From positions 206,584,001 to 206,648,000 of the forward strand of contig OX597815.1 of NCBI GenBank assembly GCA_951406725.2: 64,000 nt of DNA. Direction: 5' to 3'. Below are positions 27,990 through 41,860 of the stretch, one piece after another. The position numbers were made by a program, and so were the translations under genes. This DNA comes from Octopus vulgaris (Eukaryota). The notes beneath the pieces are model-generated. The model was not told the origin of the DNA, searched no databases, and saw only the letters and a list, made by a program, of their open reading frames with translations. How positions within the stretch are numbered: the first letter of the stretch is position 1; each line of letters starts with the position of its first letter.

Positions 27990-28044
27990 GGAGCTTCCTG
28001 AAGATTTCTCTTGAATGAAACAGTTCTAGTCCTGTAGAAGCTCC
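27990..28044 (+). ncRNA. Type I hammerhead ribozyme (inverted twin on the minus strand at about 27944-27995)
   Basis: GGAGCTTC CTGAAGA TTTCTCTTGAAT GAAA CAG-TTCTAGTC-CTG TA GAAGCTCC: 8-bp stem I, weak 3-bp stem II, stem III, GUA triplet. Confidence 0.75.
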
Positions 28045-28053
28045 TTCTATATA

Positions 28054-28134
<81 letters not shown>

Positions 28135-28135
28135 C

Positions 28136-28189
<54 letters not shown>

Positions 28190-28191
<2 letters not shown>

Positions 28192-28340
28192 CAAATTTAA
28201 TGGAAAAAAGATGAAGACAAGCGAGGGAACAACAAGCAAGTGTATTAGTTTATCGCTCGGGAAAAATGGAAAGTCTTTGACATTTCAGGCCCTACACCCT
28301 TTGACAGAAAGGGCTTAGAGGAAAAATTGGAGAGACAATG
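28190..28340 (-). mobile_element. Diverged copy of the same pLTR/hammerhead-like family
   Basis: Reverse complement ctttctgtcaaagggtgtagggcctgaaatgtcaaagactttcc...ttcccgagcgataaactaatacac aligns with 31446-31520. Confidence 0.5.
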
Positions 28341-28396
28341 AAATAAAACAGTGGGGAGAAGAAAGTGTGTACGGATTATATATATATATATATAAG

Positions 28397-28693
28397 GGTA
28401 AAGACCCCCTTCGGTCATGAGTGACCATGGGTTTGCACCTAGAGAGTTACCCTCTGAGGCACAAGTCTGGGCAAGGTTGTTTTATGGAAGACCAGTAGTC
28501 GCCCATGCATACCGGCCTCCCCTCTCCACGCCACCAGTGTTATCCAAGGGAAAGACAAAGGCTGATACAGCTTGGCACCAGTGACGTCGCAACTCATTTC
28601 TACAGCTGAGTGAACTGGAGCAACGTGAAATAAAGTGTCTTGCTCAAGAACACAACACGCAGCCCGGTCCGGGATTCTAGCTCACAACCTCAC

Positions 28694-28696
<3 letters not shown>
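28397..28696 (-). mobile_element. 5'-truncated tRNA-derived SINE related to 8698-8968
   Basis: Reverse complement contains gcgtgttgtgttcttgagcaagacactttatttcacgttgctccagttcactcagctg, shared with 8776-8830. Confidence 0.75.
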
Positions 28697-28736
<40 letters not shown>

Positions 28737-28767
28737 AGATATATATATATGTATATATAAATATGTG

Positions 28768-28799
<32 letters not shown>

Positions 28800-29579
28800 T
28801 ACATAAAGACTAATTCATATTCTCAAGATATCGCTAAACCTTATTTACCCTTTAAATTTCGCTAATCCATATTTTACAGTTTATTAGTTGACCTACTTAG
28901 CCTCTTATTACCTCCCCTTAACCTCCTCACGTATCACTTAGCACTATTTAACCTCGATCCATATCATAAACCAAATACTGAGCTTTAAACTTATTTTACG
29001 TAATACGCTAGAGCACTCTTTCCTATAATATAAGTTCTCTTGATAGCTAGACTACCGACTCATTTTACATGCTATAATTTCCCTATCGATCTTATTGTTT
29101 TTCTATGCACTCTTCAATCATTTCTATTATTCCTTTACTTAGCCCATTGTACACGCTGTATCGTACATACTTTAAATAATAACCTTAGCCATTATACTAC
29201 GGCTTCCATTAAAATTACAGGGACTAACTTAGGAGCTACACATTAGATAGACGATACATCTTAGCGTTACATATGTCCAATAACAACACCGGGTATCCCA
29301 AATAGTTATAAATCTTTCGGCTTACACCGCCGGTCAACTAGCCACCATTGGCACCGAATGTAGGAACCTACGGACACGTAGAATTATGAAAGTAACTAAA
29401 TACAAGACTATGGATTTCACGAACCCTCTTCTCTTTTATTCTCCTCTTTTATTCTACTGACACGTAGAATTATGTAATTCACTAAAATGTAAGATTATTG
29501 AATTAACGAACATTTTTCCTTTCTTTCCCTTCTATTTTCCTTTCTATTTTTCCTTCTATTTTATCTTCGCCATATACTC

Positions 29580-29656
29580 GTTCTGAAGATGTTTATCAAA
29601 TGTAAGGAGGTAAATGCAAATTTACCCCATTTTGATAAACAGAAACAGCTGTAAAC
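29580..29656 (+). ncRNA. Minimal type I hammerhead ribozyme
   Basis: GTT CTGAAGA TGTTTATCAAA...TTTGATAAACA GAAA CAGCTG TA AAC: 11-bp stem II, palindromic ACAGCTGT, GUA triplet, short stem I. Confidence 0.8.
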
Positions 29657-29766
29657 ATTCTCCTATTTTAATTAAATAATGTCTTTAAAACACCAATGAT
29701 CCACTTCTCATTGTTAATTATTACTCCATTTCTTACCGTTTCTATATATATGTAGATATTCAGATA

Positions 29767-29886
29767 TAGGTGCTTGAGTGGCTCTGTGGTAAGAAGCTTG
29801 AATAAGTGTCAGCTACTATAGCCTCAGGTCGATCGAAGCCTTGCCTTGTGAGTGGATTTGGTGGACGGGAACCTAAATAAGCCCGT

Positions 29887-29967
<81 letters not shown>

Positions 29968-30185
29968 GTTTGTCTGCGTATGCCTTTGTGTCAGTTTGTC
30001 CCCCACCATATCTTGGTGCGTTTACTACCCCGTAAATTAGCGGTTCGGCAAAAGAGACGGATAGAATATGTACTAGACTTACAAACAAAAGGTACTGGAG
30101 TAGATTTCTTCGACTAAAAGCCTTTAAGGCGATGCTCTAGCATGACTACAGTCAAAGGACTGCGGAAGTAAAAGAATGAAAGAAT
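29767..30185 (+). mobile_element. SINE family B, diverged
   Basis: taggtgcttgagtggctctgtggtaag head; ccttgtgagtggatttggt body; tail. Confidence 0.75.
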
Positions 30186-30222
30186 AAAAAATAAAAGAAT
30201 ATATATATATATATATATATAT

Positions 30223-30423
30223 AACGGGAAGCTTTATGAAAATAAATAAAAGACGAAGGCAGGTGGAAAACAAATAAAACTTTTGTATTAGTTTGGCGCT
30301 CAGGAATATAAATAAAACAAGTCTTTTACGTTTCGAGCCTACGCTCTTCAACAGAAAGATACACAGAAAAGAAACACGGAGAGAAAAAAAATGCGTGCAA
30401 AAGCTAGCGGTATCAACATGGCG
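30223..30423 (-). mobile_element. PLE-type pLTR repeat with variant hammerhead (30322-30359)
   Basis: Reverse complement TCTTT CTGTTGA A GAGC GTAG GCTC GAAA CG TA AAAGA. Homologous to 31420-31581 (+), 28190-28337 (-) and 39705-39910 (+). Flanked by (TA)n. Confidence 0.65.
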
Positions 30424-31293
30424 TATATATATATATATATATTCTTTTTTTTAATATATAACATATAGCGGCGTACATACACTTTGGTCTCTTATATGTA
30501 AGTATATATCTATCTAAATATTGTACGACTCTAGTCTTTCTATTCTTTTATTCCTTCCTTCTTTCTATCAGCCTTTTCTAGCTTATTTCGTCCATCCCAC
30601 TCTTCGTTCTTTCGTTCCCCCTCTCTCACATTTCCGTGCCTTCTCTTCATGCTCACTTTCCCTCCGCTTTTCACTTCACTGTGTCCATGTCATTTTTTCT
30701 CGCCCCTCCTTATTTCTTCTGTCCCTCTGCTTCTACCTCTCTCTCTTCTCTCCCCACGTGACCGGTGTTCGGCCAAGCCCATCCTTTCTTTCTTGGTTCG
30801 GCTGCCGTCCATGCAACATCTATATTCCTCCCTGTGCTTGTGAAATCTTGTATCCCTGCCGTAAGGCTACACTTTCACACACCAGCTTAATTTAATTCGT
30901 CCTTAGTCGAAAGACACCTGTTGTTGTGTCCTGTTATTTGTATTTGTGTAACATTTTCTGTTTTTTTTCATCCTTGTTTCCGTATACATTCGCTGCTTTC
31001 TTCCAAGGAATTTAATGCTCTTAGCTTAGGTCTTCCTTGGGGCTGGCCAGATTGGAGAAATCTCGAGTATAACCAGCCGAAATTGCAAAGATAATCTGGA
31101 ACTCGACTGAGGAAAGAAAACTCTGAATGACCCGTCCTTGTTTTCTTTGTATCGTCTATATGGATGTTTTGTTGTCCCTTTTTTGCATCACCTAACTCTC
31201 TGGATGTTTTGCGTTCTTGTCCCATTTTGTATTTTTATATATAATAATATATATAATAATAATAATGATAATAATAACAACAACAACAACAAC

Positions 31294-31400
<107 letters not shown>

Positions 31401-31419
31401 GCACACACATATACATTGT

Positions 31420-31579
31420 TTCTCTCCTTGTTTTTTTTCTGTGTATCTATCTGTCGAAGAGCGTAGGCTCGAAACGTAAAAGACTTGTTCTATTTCTATT
31501 CCTGAGCGCCATACTAATACATTTGTTTGTTTGTACTCCACCTGCCTTTGTCTTTTGTTTATTTTCGTAAACCTTCCCG

Positions 31580-31581
<2 letters not shown>
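31420..31581 (+). mobile_element. PLE-type pLTR repeat with variant hammerhead (31446-31483)
   Basis: TCTAT CTGTCGA A GAGC GTAG GCTC GAAA CG TA AAAGA followed by ttcctgagcgcc..ctaatac, in (TA)n. Confidence 0.65.
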
Positions 31582-31622
<41 letters not shown>

Positions 31623-32548
31623 CCAATTAAGGACTGAACACGAAAAAGTGGACAGTCAACATGCTAGATATAGACGTCAAATCGCCATTCTTCACAAAGA
31701 TTATGTTCTCAAATAAAATAAAATAAATATATATATATATATATATGTACACATTAGTTGTTAATTTTTGATATAAAATACCCTATATGAGATCTTTACT
31801 AATTGCTTCGATTATCTAAGTTAATCAAAACCTTTAAAATTAATATATTACATGCCTACCACATTTGCTATCTTTCAACCCGTTGTAAATATAAGTAGAT
31901 GATTATGTTAATATTCTCAGTCACCCTTTTCATTATTTAAGACGGTGAGCTGGCGCAATCGTCAGAATGCCGGATATAATACTTAGCGGTATTTTTTGCT
32001 CCCTGATTTCAAACCCAGAGGAAGTCAACTTTACCTTTCAATCTTTCGGAATCGATAAAGTAAAGTGCCCCTTCGTCAAAGCTGCTGACGATACGCCAAC
32101 ATCTAAAACAATTACTACCTCTTCACTTGGTACAATTGACACAAATATTCAATCTAATCATACGTTAAATATACTTGTTTTTCGATAAAACTGTATGGTA
32201 TTTTCTGGTAATGTTTGCAACAGTCAACCTTGTGTCAAATAATGAAAATTATTTCATTTTTTCGTAAAATTTAACGCATATATTTTGTCTTTTTTTATGT
32301 AGAATTCTTTTGTAACAATTGTTTTCTGTCTGTCCTTCTTTCTTTTTCTTTCCTTTTTCCTTTTTCATCTATCTTCCTTTCACTCCTCTCTATCATTCCT
32401 TCTTTTTAATGTTTCTCTCTCCACTCATCTCTCTTCCACCTACATATACACACGTATACATGTCGACATTTTCCGTGAGAAATATCTATTTGTAAATGTT
32501 ATTGCGAGAAAATTAGTTTCAAGTGTTCACAAAAGCCTTTCACAATCC

Positions 32549-32684
32549 TACATACATACATACATACATATATACATGCATACATACATACATACATACA
32601 CACATACATACACACATACATACATACATACATACATACATACATACATACATACATACATACATACATACATACAAACATACA

Positions 32685-32718
<34 letters not shown>

Positions 32719-32815
32719 CATACATACATACGTATATACATACATACATACATACATACATACATGCATGCATACATACATACATACATACACACATACA
32801 TACATGCATACATAC

Positions 32816-32846
<31 letters not shown>

Positions 32847-33120
32847 CATACATACTTACATACATACAAACATACATACATACATACATACATACATACA
32901 TACACATATATATATATATATATACATACATACATACATACATACATACAAACATACATACATACATACATACAAAAATACATACATACATACGTATATA
33001 CATACATACATACATACATACATACCTACATACATACATACATACATACATACCTACCTACATATATACATACATACATATAGACATACATACATACATA
33101 CATACATACATACATACAGA
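32549..33120. repeat. (TACA)n microsatellite
   Basis: Direct inspection. Confidence 0.95.
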
Positions 33121-33246
33121 CAGACAGATACACATACATACAGACATACAGACATACACGTTTGTATATATATATATATACTATTTAGGCATACCCAAGC
33201 GCACATACAAGCATATATACGCACAACACATACACACGCATGCACA

Positions 33247-33367
<121 letters not shown>

Positions 33368-33434
33368 TATATATAAATATGCATACATATATATATGCAT
33401 ATATATATATATGTATATATATATACACGCACAG

Positions 33435-33512
<78 letters not shown>

Positions 33513-33636
33513 TCTCTTTCAGGTTTCAGGCCATTGCAAGTTCAATGCCATCCAAGTCGCAAAATAAATTCCTGTCGATAGTTCTCAGTAACTTAGCAGT
33601 AGGAGACCTATGTACTGCAGAACTTACACGTCGCTT

Positions 33637-33693
<57 letters not shown>

Positions 33694-34054
33694 CTGCGTC
33701 GGTGTGTATGTATATAAGCGTGAATGCGTACATACACATACGTAGAAGACAAACATACACATGTGTGCATGAATGTATAAGTATCAATATATATGTACTT
33801 CTACAGGGTTCTTCTGCGACCTTAAATTATGGTAGAATAAATCAATTAAAATATACGTTAGAGAAAGTGTAGCAGTTTTAAATATATTTATTCCTGATTT
33901 TGACAGTTTTCATGTTTCTGGGTCCTTTACGTATACAAGCGTACATAAACTTGAATTCCGATTTACAGTTTCTGCTCAATCATACTCTGAATCGCATTAG
34001 TTCTGCTACTGCAGGAATCCTGCATGTGACATTTTTTTTAGTTGAATATTAAGT

Positions 34055-35310
34055 GCGAGGTGCATTCCACAAGTTTTCAGACTTTTTTTAGGTGAGGATT
34101 GAAGTCGGATTCGAAGTATTGATGGTGTATAATAGCCGTAGATTATTGTATGTCATTACTATACATCTAATAAGCTGACCTGCCAGCTTTTGTTATTCCA
34201 GATTGAAGGGAAGGCTTTGACAACATGCTAAACACTGCATGTCAGCTGACTGATTTGCAGAATGCAGTCCGGACGCTTGGCAACTTGTTATGCAATAAAG
34301 TTTTGTGTTGAACTGGGTAAAAAAACACGTCGAGCTGGCAGAATAGTTAGCACGCGGGGCGAAATGCTTAGCGGTATTTCGTCTGCTGTTACGTTCTGAG
34401 TTCAAATTCCGCCGGGGTTGACTTTGCCTTTCATCCTTTCGGGGTCGATAAATTAAGTACCAGTTACGCACTGGGGTCGATAAATTAAGTGCCAGTTACG
34501 CACTGGGGTCGATATAATCGACTTAATCCACTTGTCTGTCCTTGTTTATCCCCTTGTTGGTAGTAAAGAAATAGGTATTTCGTCTGCTGTTACGTTCTGA
34601 GTTCAAATTCCGCTGAGGTCGACTTTGCCTTCCATCCTTTCGGGGTCGATAAAGTAAGTACCAGTTACGCACTGGGGTCGATATAATCGACTTAATCCGT
34701 TTGTCTGTCTTTGTTTATCCCCTTTATGTTTAGCCCCTTGTTGGTAGTAAAGAAATAGGTATTTCGTCTGCTGTTACGTTCTGAGTTCAAATTCCGCCGG
34801 GGTCGACTTTGCCTTTCATCCTTTCGGGGTCGATAAATTAAGTACCAGTTACGCACTAGGGTCGATATAATCGACTTAATCCGTTTGTGTGTCCTTGTTT
34901 GTCCCCTCTACGTTTAGCCCCTTGTGGGTAATAAAGAAATAAGAAATAATTTATGGAATGCTCCAGACTAATTATAGATAAACTTTTGTAGAGGCAGAAG
35001 AAGGTAAAATACAGTTGGGAGGAGACGAGAGACGAGAGACGATGAGAGGGAAAGAAATGTCAGAACATCAGAGATGGTTGAGAAAATTCCTAATTTTCCG
35101 AATGAAGACTGTCGTGTGTTTATAAAGACATTAAGCATACGGTTTGGATTTGGTGTGGCAACTGTACAGAGAAATAGTAATGAAGATCTGAGCATGCGCA
35201 TCCTGGTAACCCTACTTGACACCAAAACTCTCCTTCACTCTCCCTGCATTTCACATTTCGCTCCCTGTAACTTTTGGTTGTTCCCCAACCTGAAGAAGAA
35301 CCTTAAGGTA
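34055..35310 (+). pseudogene. Decayed, internally deleted mariner transposase interrupted by a SINE
   Basis: YAIKFCVELGK (HTH start) at about 34289-34321; EDCRVFIKTLSIRFGFGVATVQR..NEDLSMR; HSPCISHFAPCNFWLFPNLKKNL, resembling the HPPYSPDLAPCDFWLF mariner motif. Confidence 0.78.
34330..34945 (+). mobile_element. SINE family A trimer inserted in a mariner relic
   Basis: One head, junctions aaatag|gtatttcg at about 34575 and 34759. Confidence 0.88.
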
Positions 35311-38300
35311 GTCTTTTTTTTTTTAGTAAACATTTCCTTACTAAAGCTTTCCCACTAGAAATCCCTGGCTACGTTCGTGGAATCATCTAAGTTATTTGAG
35401 TGCATTAAATCAGAATACCTTCTCTGGTGGAGTGGGTAGAGTGTTCTTAATGTAAACTATGTCTTCACCGAAATCACTTCTATTTAATGCCATGTTGTAA
35501 TAGGTTGCTTTCCCAGCAATAATTCCCTGTTCACAGAGTGGTGACTCTCTTATGTATACCTTCCACCAGGTTACAAATTATATTAGGGATCGCTAGAATT
35601 CTTGTGGATGTATAGGACTTCTACGTTTGACTTTCTATAGAGGAAATACATTTATAACTTTAATGATGACGTTATATGTAGATGTACATTAAATTGCTGC
35701 TTAAAACGATGTATAATGGATATTTATTATGCACATTGAATGATTTCTAAATCTGTTTATGGCGAGATCATTCATATTGTATGAAAATACCAAAATATCA
35801 TCTTTGTATAATCATGAGTTATGTAGGAAGGTTTGTTTTCTAAGGCTAAACAACTGCATGAGATTTGTCATATCACTTCTGTTATAATTATCAATAGAGA
35901 CGTCGATCAATAGGGCACCCCACTTTGATTCAGTAGGATAGAACGATATAACAGTGACTTTCTAGTGTTCTATAATCTTCTAATGTGAAGATAAATGATT
36001 GGGATGGACTGTCGCCCAAATACCAGAGCTTTCCGGAGGAGAGGTTTTTTGACATAAATGCATGTCCAATATTTAGCTTATATACATTCATCTAAGATAT
36101 TCAGTTTGGTTAAACCATAAGTTACATAGTCGTAGACTCATCTAATAAGAGCCATACTGTTATACCGTTATACATCTAGTTTAAGGCTAATGACTTCGAG
36201 AATGAACTGGCTACCTAGCTATATCTAGTTCGCTTTTTCAAGGATTTATTCATCTACATTTTAGAATGGAGATGAGGTTAACAGCGTAAACGATAAAGGT
36301 GATGTAAAAATGCATCATGGCGACCACGATGCCTTCTATTTTTAATAAGGAGAAATCCTTCCATTCAGTATTTATAATATTGTCTAAGGAAATGCTGTTT
36401 TTCTAAGTTTTAATTATGTTTGTCAGGGGCTTAAACTGTGTGATAATATTTAGATCTTATAGGGCGGCGTACTGGCAGAATCATTAGCACGCCGGGCATA
36501 ATGTGTAGTGGCTTTTCGTTCGCCTTTACGTTCTGAGTTCAAATTCCGCCGGGGTTGATTAAATAAGTAGCAGTTGAGCACCGAGGTCGATAAAATCGAC
36601 TAAGCCCCTAACCCGAACTTTCTAACCGTGTGTCCAATTTTGAGTCCAATAGTTAGCTTGTATACATTCATTGTTATTTTGTGCGGATATTCAGAGTGTT
36701 TATTCAGTATTTACAATAGCTATTCCAGACTGTTTGAAAGAAATTGATGGTGTATTGAAGTCGGATTCGAAGTATTTAAAGCCTTTGTTGTGAGAGGGAA
36801 CTACCGTGTTTCAAACCCGTGTTTGTCTGCTGATTTCTCTTTAATTTCTTTTACTTGTAAGAAGGTCTTCCGAAGAATATACCTAAAAACGCTTGAAAAT
36901 GTTTTCCGTATTTTCAATAAAGCATATGATTTACAGTTATATTTATGGCGGTAGTATTGGGGTCCGTGAACTAAATAAAAAACTTCGTCGAAGCATCTCT
37001 TATATTCCTGTCTTATGGCTTTCATCTCTTATGTTCATCTCCTATGTTCCTGCCTCAAGGCTTTCACTCTATACAGGACAGCTCAACTTGATTCGCCTTT
37101 ATTGGTCGAAATACACCGGTTGTTATTTATATTTATATATTATTGTATTATTTTGTATACTATATATATACTGATTGTTATGTAATGATTTAGTTGTTGA
37201 AGTTATGTATATAATTATTAGATTTTAACTCTACGTTATTTTAAGATTTTACTTAGTCAAAAAGATATATAGATCGTTAACAGTTATACGATTTTTTTAA
37301 AGTTAGGTTTCTGGTTTTAATTTGATTTTAATCTTTAATTTTTTAATGTATCTCATAATGATATTATATTGATATTTAATATTTATGTAAGTAGTATTGG
37401 ATTAATTAATTAATTTATTTTTCTTTATATGTCTATACATTTATTGATAGCATAAATTTTAGTTTTTAATCACTATATTTGTTGATAGTAATTTAGTTAT
37501 TATTTTTAAATATTTTATAATTATTAGATGTGTACTTAAATCTAAAATATGAATAACGATTATTTAGTTAAATAATTTGCTAATTAAATTTTTGGACTAT
37601 AACTGAGTTAAGTATATTTGTGAGTTTATTATGTTTTTTTAAGCCGTATTATATATTCATAAATATCTCTAATAGTTGACTTTGTTCTATTATAGCTTAA
37701 ATATAGCTATTTTCAATTGACAATTTGTAGTAGTTTTTTCATTGATAAAATATATTCGTAGTTTTCATTGATAAAGAATTTTCCATTTGTTTATTATTAA
37801 TTTAGTTAATGACACGATTTTTGAAAAATAAGTAAACCTTTTTATTAAATTTATTTTAGTATTTTAATAATTTATGTTATATAGTATTTATTGGATACTA
37901 TACAACTACGGATTGATAATTTGATTGTATAAGCATTTAGTTGTTGAAGATATGTATTTCATTATTTCATTATTAGATCATAACTATAGGGTTTTGTAAG
38001 TTATTAATTAGCCAACGAGACATATATAGTTAAATAGTTATAGGGTTTTTTAAGATAGGTTATACGTTTACAATTTGCTTTTTCATCTTTAATTTTTTAA
38101 TTTTTTAATATATTTCGTAAGTAATAATAGAATAATTAATTTATTTAGTTTTTTATAATACGTATATATATTTATTGATAGAAATAATTTTAGATCTTAA
38201 TTATTATATTTATATATATTTATTGATATTAATTTAGTTATTATTCAAATATTTTATAATTATTAGATTTCAACTTAAATTTAATAATATGAATAGTGAT

Positions 38301-38596
38301 TATTTTTTTGTTAAATAATTAGGTAATTAGATATTGACTATAACTGAGAGTAGGTTATTCGTGAGTTTATTATGTTTTTTAAAGCCATATTATATCTGAA
38401 TAGATAAATACATTTTCTATCTATTTTTACCTTAAAAATTAATATTTAGCATTAAAATTGGATTGTATGACATAATCCTAATCGTTAAAGTTTCTAGTTT
38501 GATAATAGAGTTTTTTTATAAGAAAAATTATTATTTTATTTATTTCTTAAAAAATATTGTTTAAATATATTTGCTTATTTATTTAACTATTGCCAT

Positions 38597-38693
38597 TAAC
38601 CTGAAGATTGACTATAACTATAATTCAAATTTTTAATTGAATTTAAATTATTGTAATTCGAATTAGGTTATGGCCATGAAACGTACGTAGTGG
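38597..38693 (+). ncRNA. Hammerhead ribozyme motif with degenerate stem I
   Basis: CTGAAGA T TGACTATAAC...GTTATGGCCA T GAAA CGTACG TA: canonical core, imperfect stem II, palindromic ACGTACGT. Stem I has only about 2 bp. Confidence 0.6.
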
Positions 38694-38988
38694 TTTTACT
38701 TATTATCTTATATTAAACTTTTTAATAATCTTTGATAGTTATATATAAAAAAAAAAAGAAAACAAAAAATTAAAAATTAAAAAATTTATTAATTTAAAAT
38801 TTAAAGAATATTTTAAAAATGTATATATAGAAAATTATAAATATAAATTAAAAATTTTAAATTTAAATAATTTAAATTTAAAATTTTATATTTTATATAT
38901 TTTGCATATTATATTATGTGTATTTTTATGTTTTGGTTTATGTTTTTCATTGTTTGATTTTCCTAATAGTGGTTTTATCTCTAATTCA

Positions 38989-39051
<63 letters not shown>

Positions 39052-39704
39052 TAAAGATACGCATATTAAAAGAGATCCGTGGGAAAACTCATTTAAATAA
39101 ATGGGTTGGGAACCACTGATTTATAGCATTTGCATATTTTTCAATGAATAGAGACGGATAATCGAGAATAACTGATTATCCTCGGTTTGTACATCTAACT
39201 GAACAAGAGTCAAGCAAATTTATGCTTCTATGCATATATGAAAACAAAGAGCATTCAATGCATTGTACAAGATTTACATTTTTAAGTTAAAAGTTTATGA
39301 TGTATTCCATTATTACACGAAGTTTCACACAAACAATAACAATGAACATCGTCGATAGAGTCTTCCTATATTCAAATGGACCCTTAAATGAAGACTTGAC
39401 CTAACGGAAATTTGATATTCCATGTTCTGAAGTAACCGAGTATTCTAAGTCACTTGAAATAAATTCAGGTGTTAATGAGATGTTATGGATTATTTGAAAT
39501 AATCATTCTTATTCATAATTATAAATGAAAGTAAACTATGTTGCTGCTCTCACACACAAATAAGCTAAGCATTGTCTGGTCAGCAACAGTTTTAACCATG
39601 TAACCCGCCTCAAATTGTAGGGATTAACTTAGTTCTGTGAACGTATGTAGCGCCGTCATTCACGAAATTACATAGTGTATGTATGTATATATATATATAT
39701 ATAT

Positions 39705-39908
39705 ACCTCGTGTGTACCGTTGGCGATTTTTTTCCCTCTGTCTTCCCTTTTCTGGATCTTTCCTTCTCCTATGTTTCCGACGAAGAGCTCCGCTCGAAAC
39801 GTTAAACCCTCCTTCTTTCCTGAGCGTCCAATAATACTATATTTGTTCCACGTCCTCGTGTTGTGTTTTTTTTGTTTTTTTGTGTTTTCTTGTTGATTAA
39901 CGTTTGGA

Positions 39909-39910
<2 letters not shown>
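39705..39910 (+). mobile_element. PLE-type pLTR repeat with variant hammerhead (39773-39807)
   Basis: GTTT CCGACGA A GAGC TCC GCTC GAAA CG TT AAAC followed by ttcctgagcgtccaataatac, between TA runs. Confidence 0.6.
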
Positions 39911-39971
<61 letters not shown>

Positions 39972-40597
39972 ATATGTATATGTATATATATGTATGTATA
40001 CACACATGTATACACAACACACACAGACACATACACACACATAAATATATTTATATTTATATATACGCAAACAGTTGTACAAATGAAAGAAAAGAGCTTT
40101 CAACACGTGTCGCGATGTTTAAATATTTGTATTAACAGCTTGAGTCAGTGTTGCTTTAGAAAGCAATTCTATGTTTAGTAGCCATGAGCCTTATTGCAAT
40201 GGAAAACAATATTCGATCATTAAAGCAGACAGAATCTTATGCATTTTTATTTTTTTCTGGTTAATGCTGAGTTCTGAAAAACCAGAACTGTAATTTTCGT
40301 CCAGATCCGTGCCGCATGTTTTGTGTAAGGAAATGGCAATCTAGCTTTAAGACGACTTTGGTTTGAATGGCAGATCAGAATGCTTTAGTTTTTGTATGCA
40401 TTCTGCGAATTGTTTGCTCCTAATGTTTTAGATCTGAAATTTTAGATATTTTACTGCAATTTTGTGAGTTCGTAACACGTAGCGGTCACAACTGTTTTAT
40501 CTCTTACTTTTGAAGATTGAAACATTCTTACTGCTTTACGAGACTGTTCCCTTCCATTGTATTTTATCTGTTACTTTTTCACACACACGCACACACA

Positions 40598-40704
<107 letters not shown>

Positions 40705-41465
40705 TTTTTCACAATATAATATTTTCAAACATATCGAATTTCTTTGTACGAATCTTTTTCATACTCTTATTATTTTAATGCCTTTACCACATTCGAATAA
40801 AAGAGTTACTTTCGTTATTTAAACAATGAACAATAGTTATACCTTGGCAACCACAATATTCCATTGTTATTTGCTTTCACTTAGCATGCTGTTCAACATT
40901 TTTCCTTAAATACTAAATTCCAAAATTCCGTTACTTGTAACAGAAACAGCATTAGGTTAAAATATTCATCTGTGTATCATACTTAATGTAGACAGATCGC
41001 TAAAAGCAACTCTTTGTGTCTACTTACTCTTTTTTCTACAAGAATGTAAACGTATTTCATCTTAGCATACAGTTGAATGTGAATACATGGTACTGACCAC
41101 ATCCACCAAGGCAGAAATGCATTTCTAGCATTTTCTCTAGCATTCTCATAACTGGTAGGGCGATTTTCGTCTGCTTCAGATGTATATTGTAATTTTAAAT
41201 ACAGCCCGTACATAATACATATCGCAGTAAATTTGCTTTTAGCAATATATCTACATTAAGTATGATACACAGATGGACTAAATTTAGTTTCATTTTTCCT
41301 AATCGAAAGAAGCTATAGCTTTAAATCTTTTAAGCTAGAGCATTGAAAAATTATGTTTATAACTTTTCCAACACCATCTATGGTAGATATGAAAGAAAAT
41401 CGCTTCAACCGAAGAGAAAAAGGCTTTCACAGTTTCGGGTTGCCTATAGATTCGCTCTTATTGGA

Positions 41466-41860
41466 TACTAGCAGTATCGCCCGGCGTTGCTCGGGTTTGT
41501 TTCGACCCTTTAAATTGGAATTCTTGAAATGTAAAACTTTTTCATTATGTAGCTTGTTATTCTCTTTCAGTGAACGTTTTTCTGGTTGTAATATACCCCA
41601 AAATGACGACACAGCAGTCAAAAAATCGTAAAAATAGGGATTTTCATAGATAAAAAGCACCTTTTTTATGTAAATAATTTTTGGTGTTAACATGGTCCGA
41701 TTTGAATTTTCTCTTCTACGGAATGAAGAGCAAGCCTTCTTCTATCATACTTTCAATTTTGGTCAACTTGCGCCGCAGGGTCTCGGAGGAGATAGTGTTA
41801 GTTGAAGGCTACCAAACCTGCCATACACAGACAACTTCAGCTTTATACATAGAGAGAGAT
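41466..41860 (+). mobile_element. Non-autonomous Helitron/Helentron-like element
   Basis: Collinear with 46282-46696; cccggcgttgctcggg hairpin. Confidence 0.7.
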
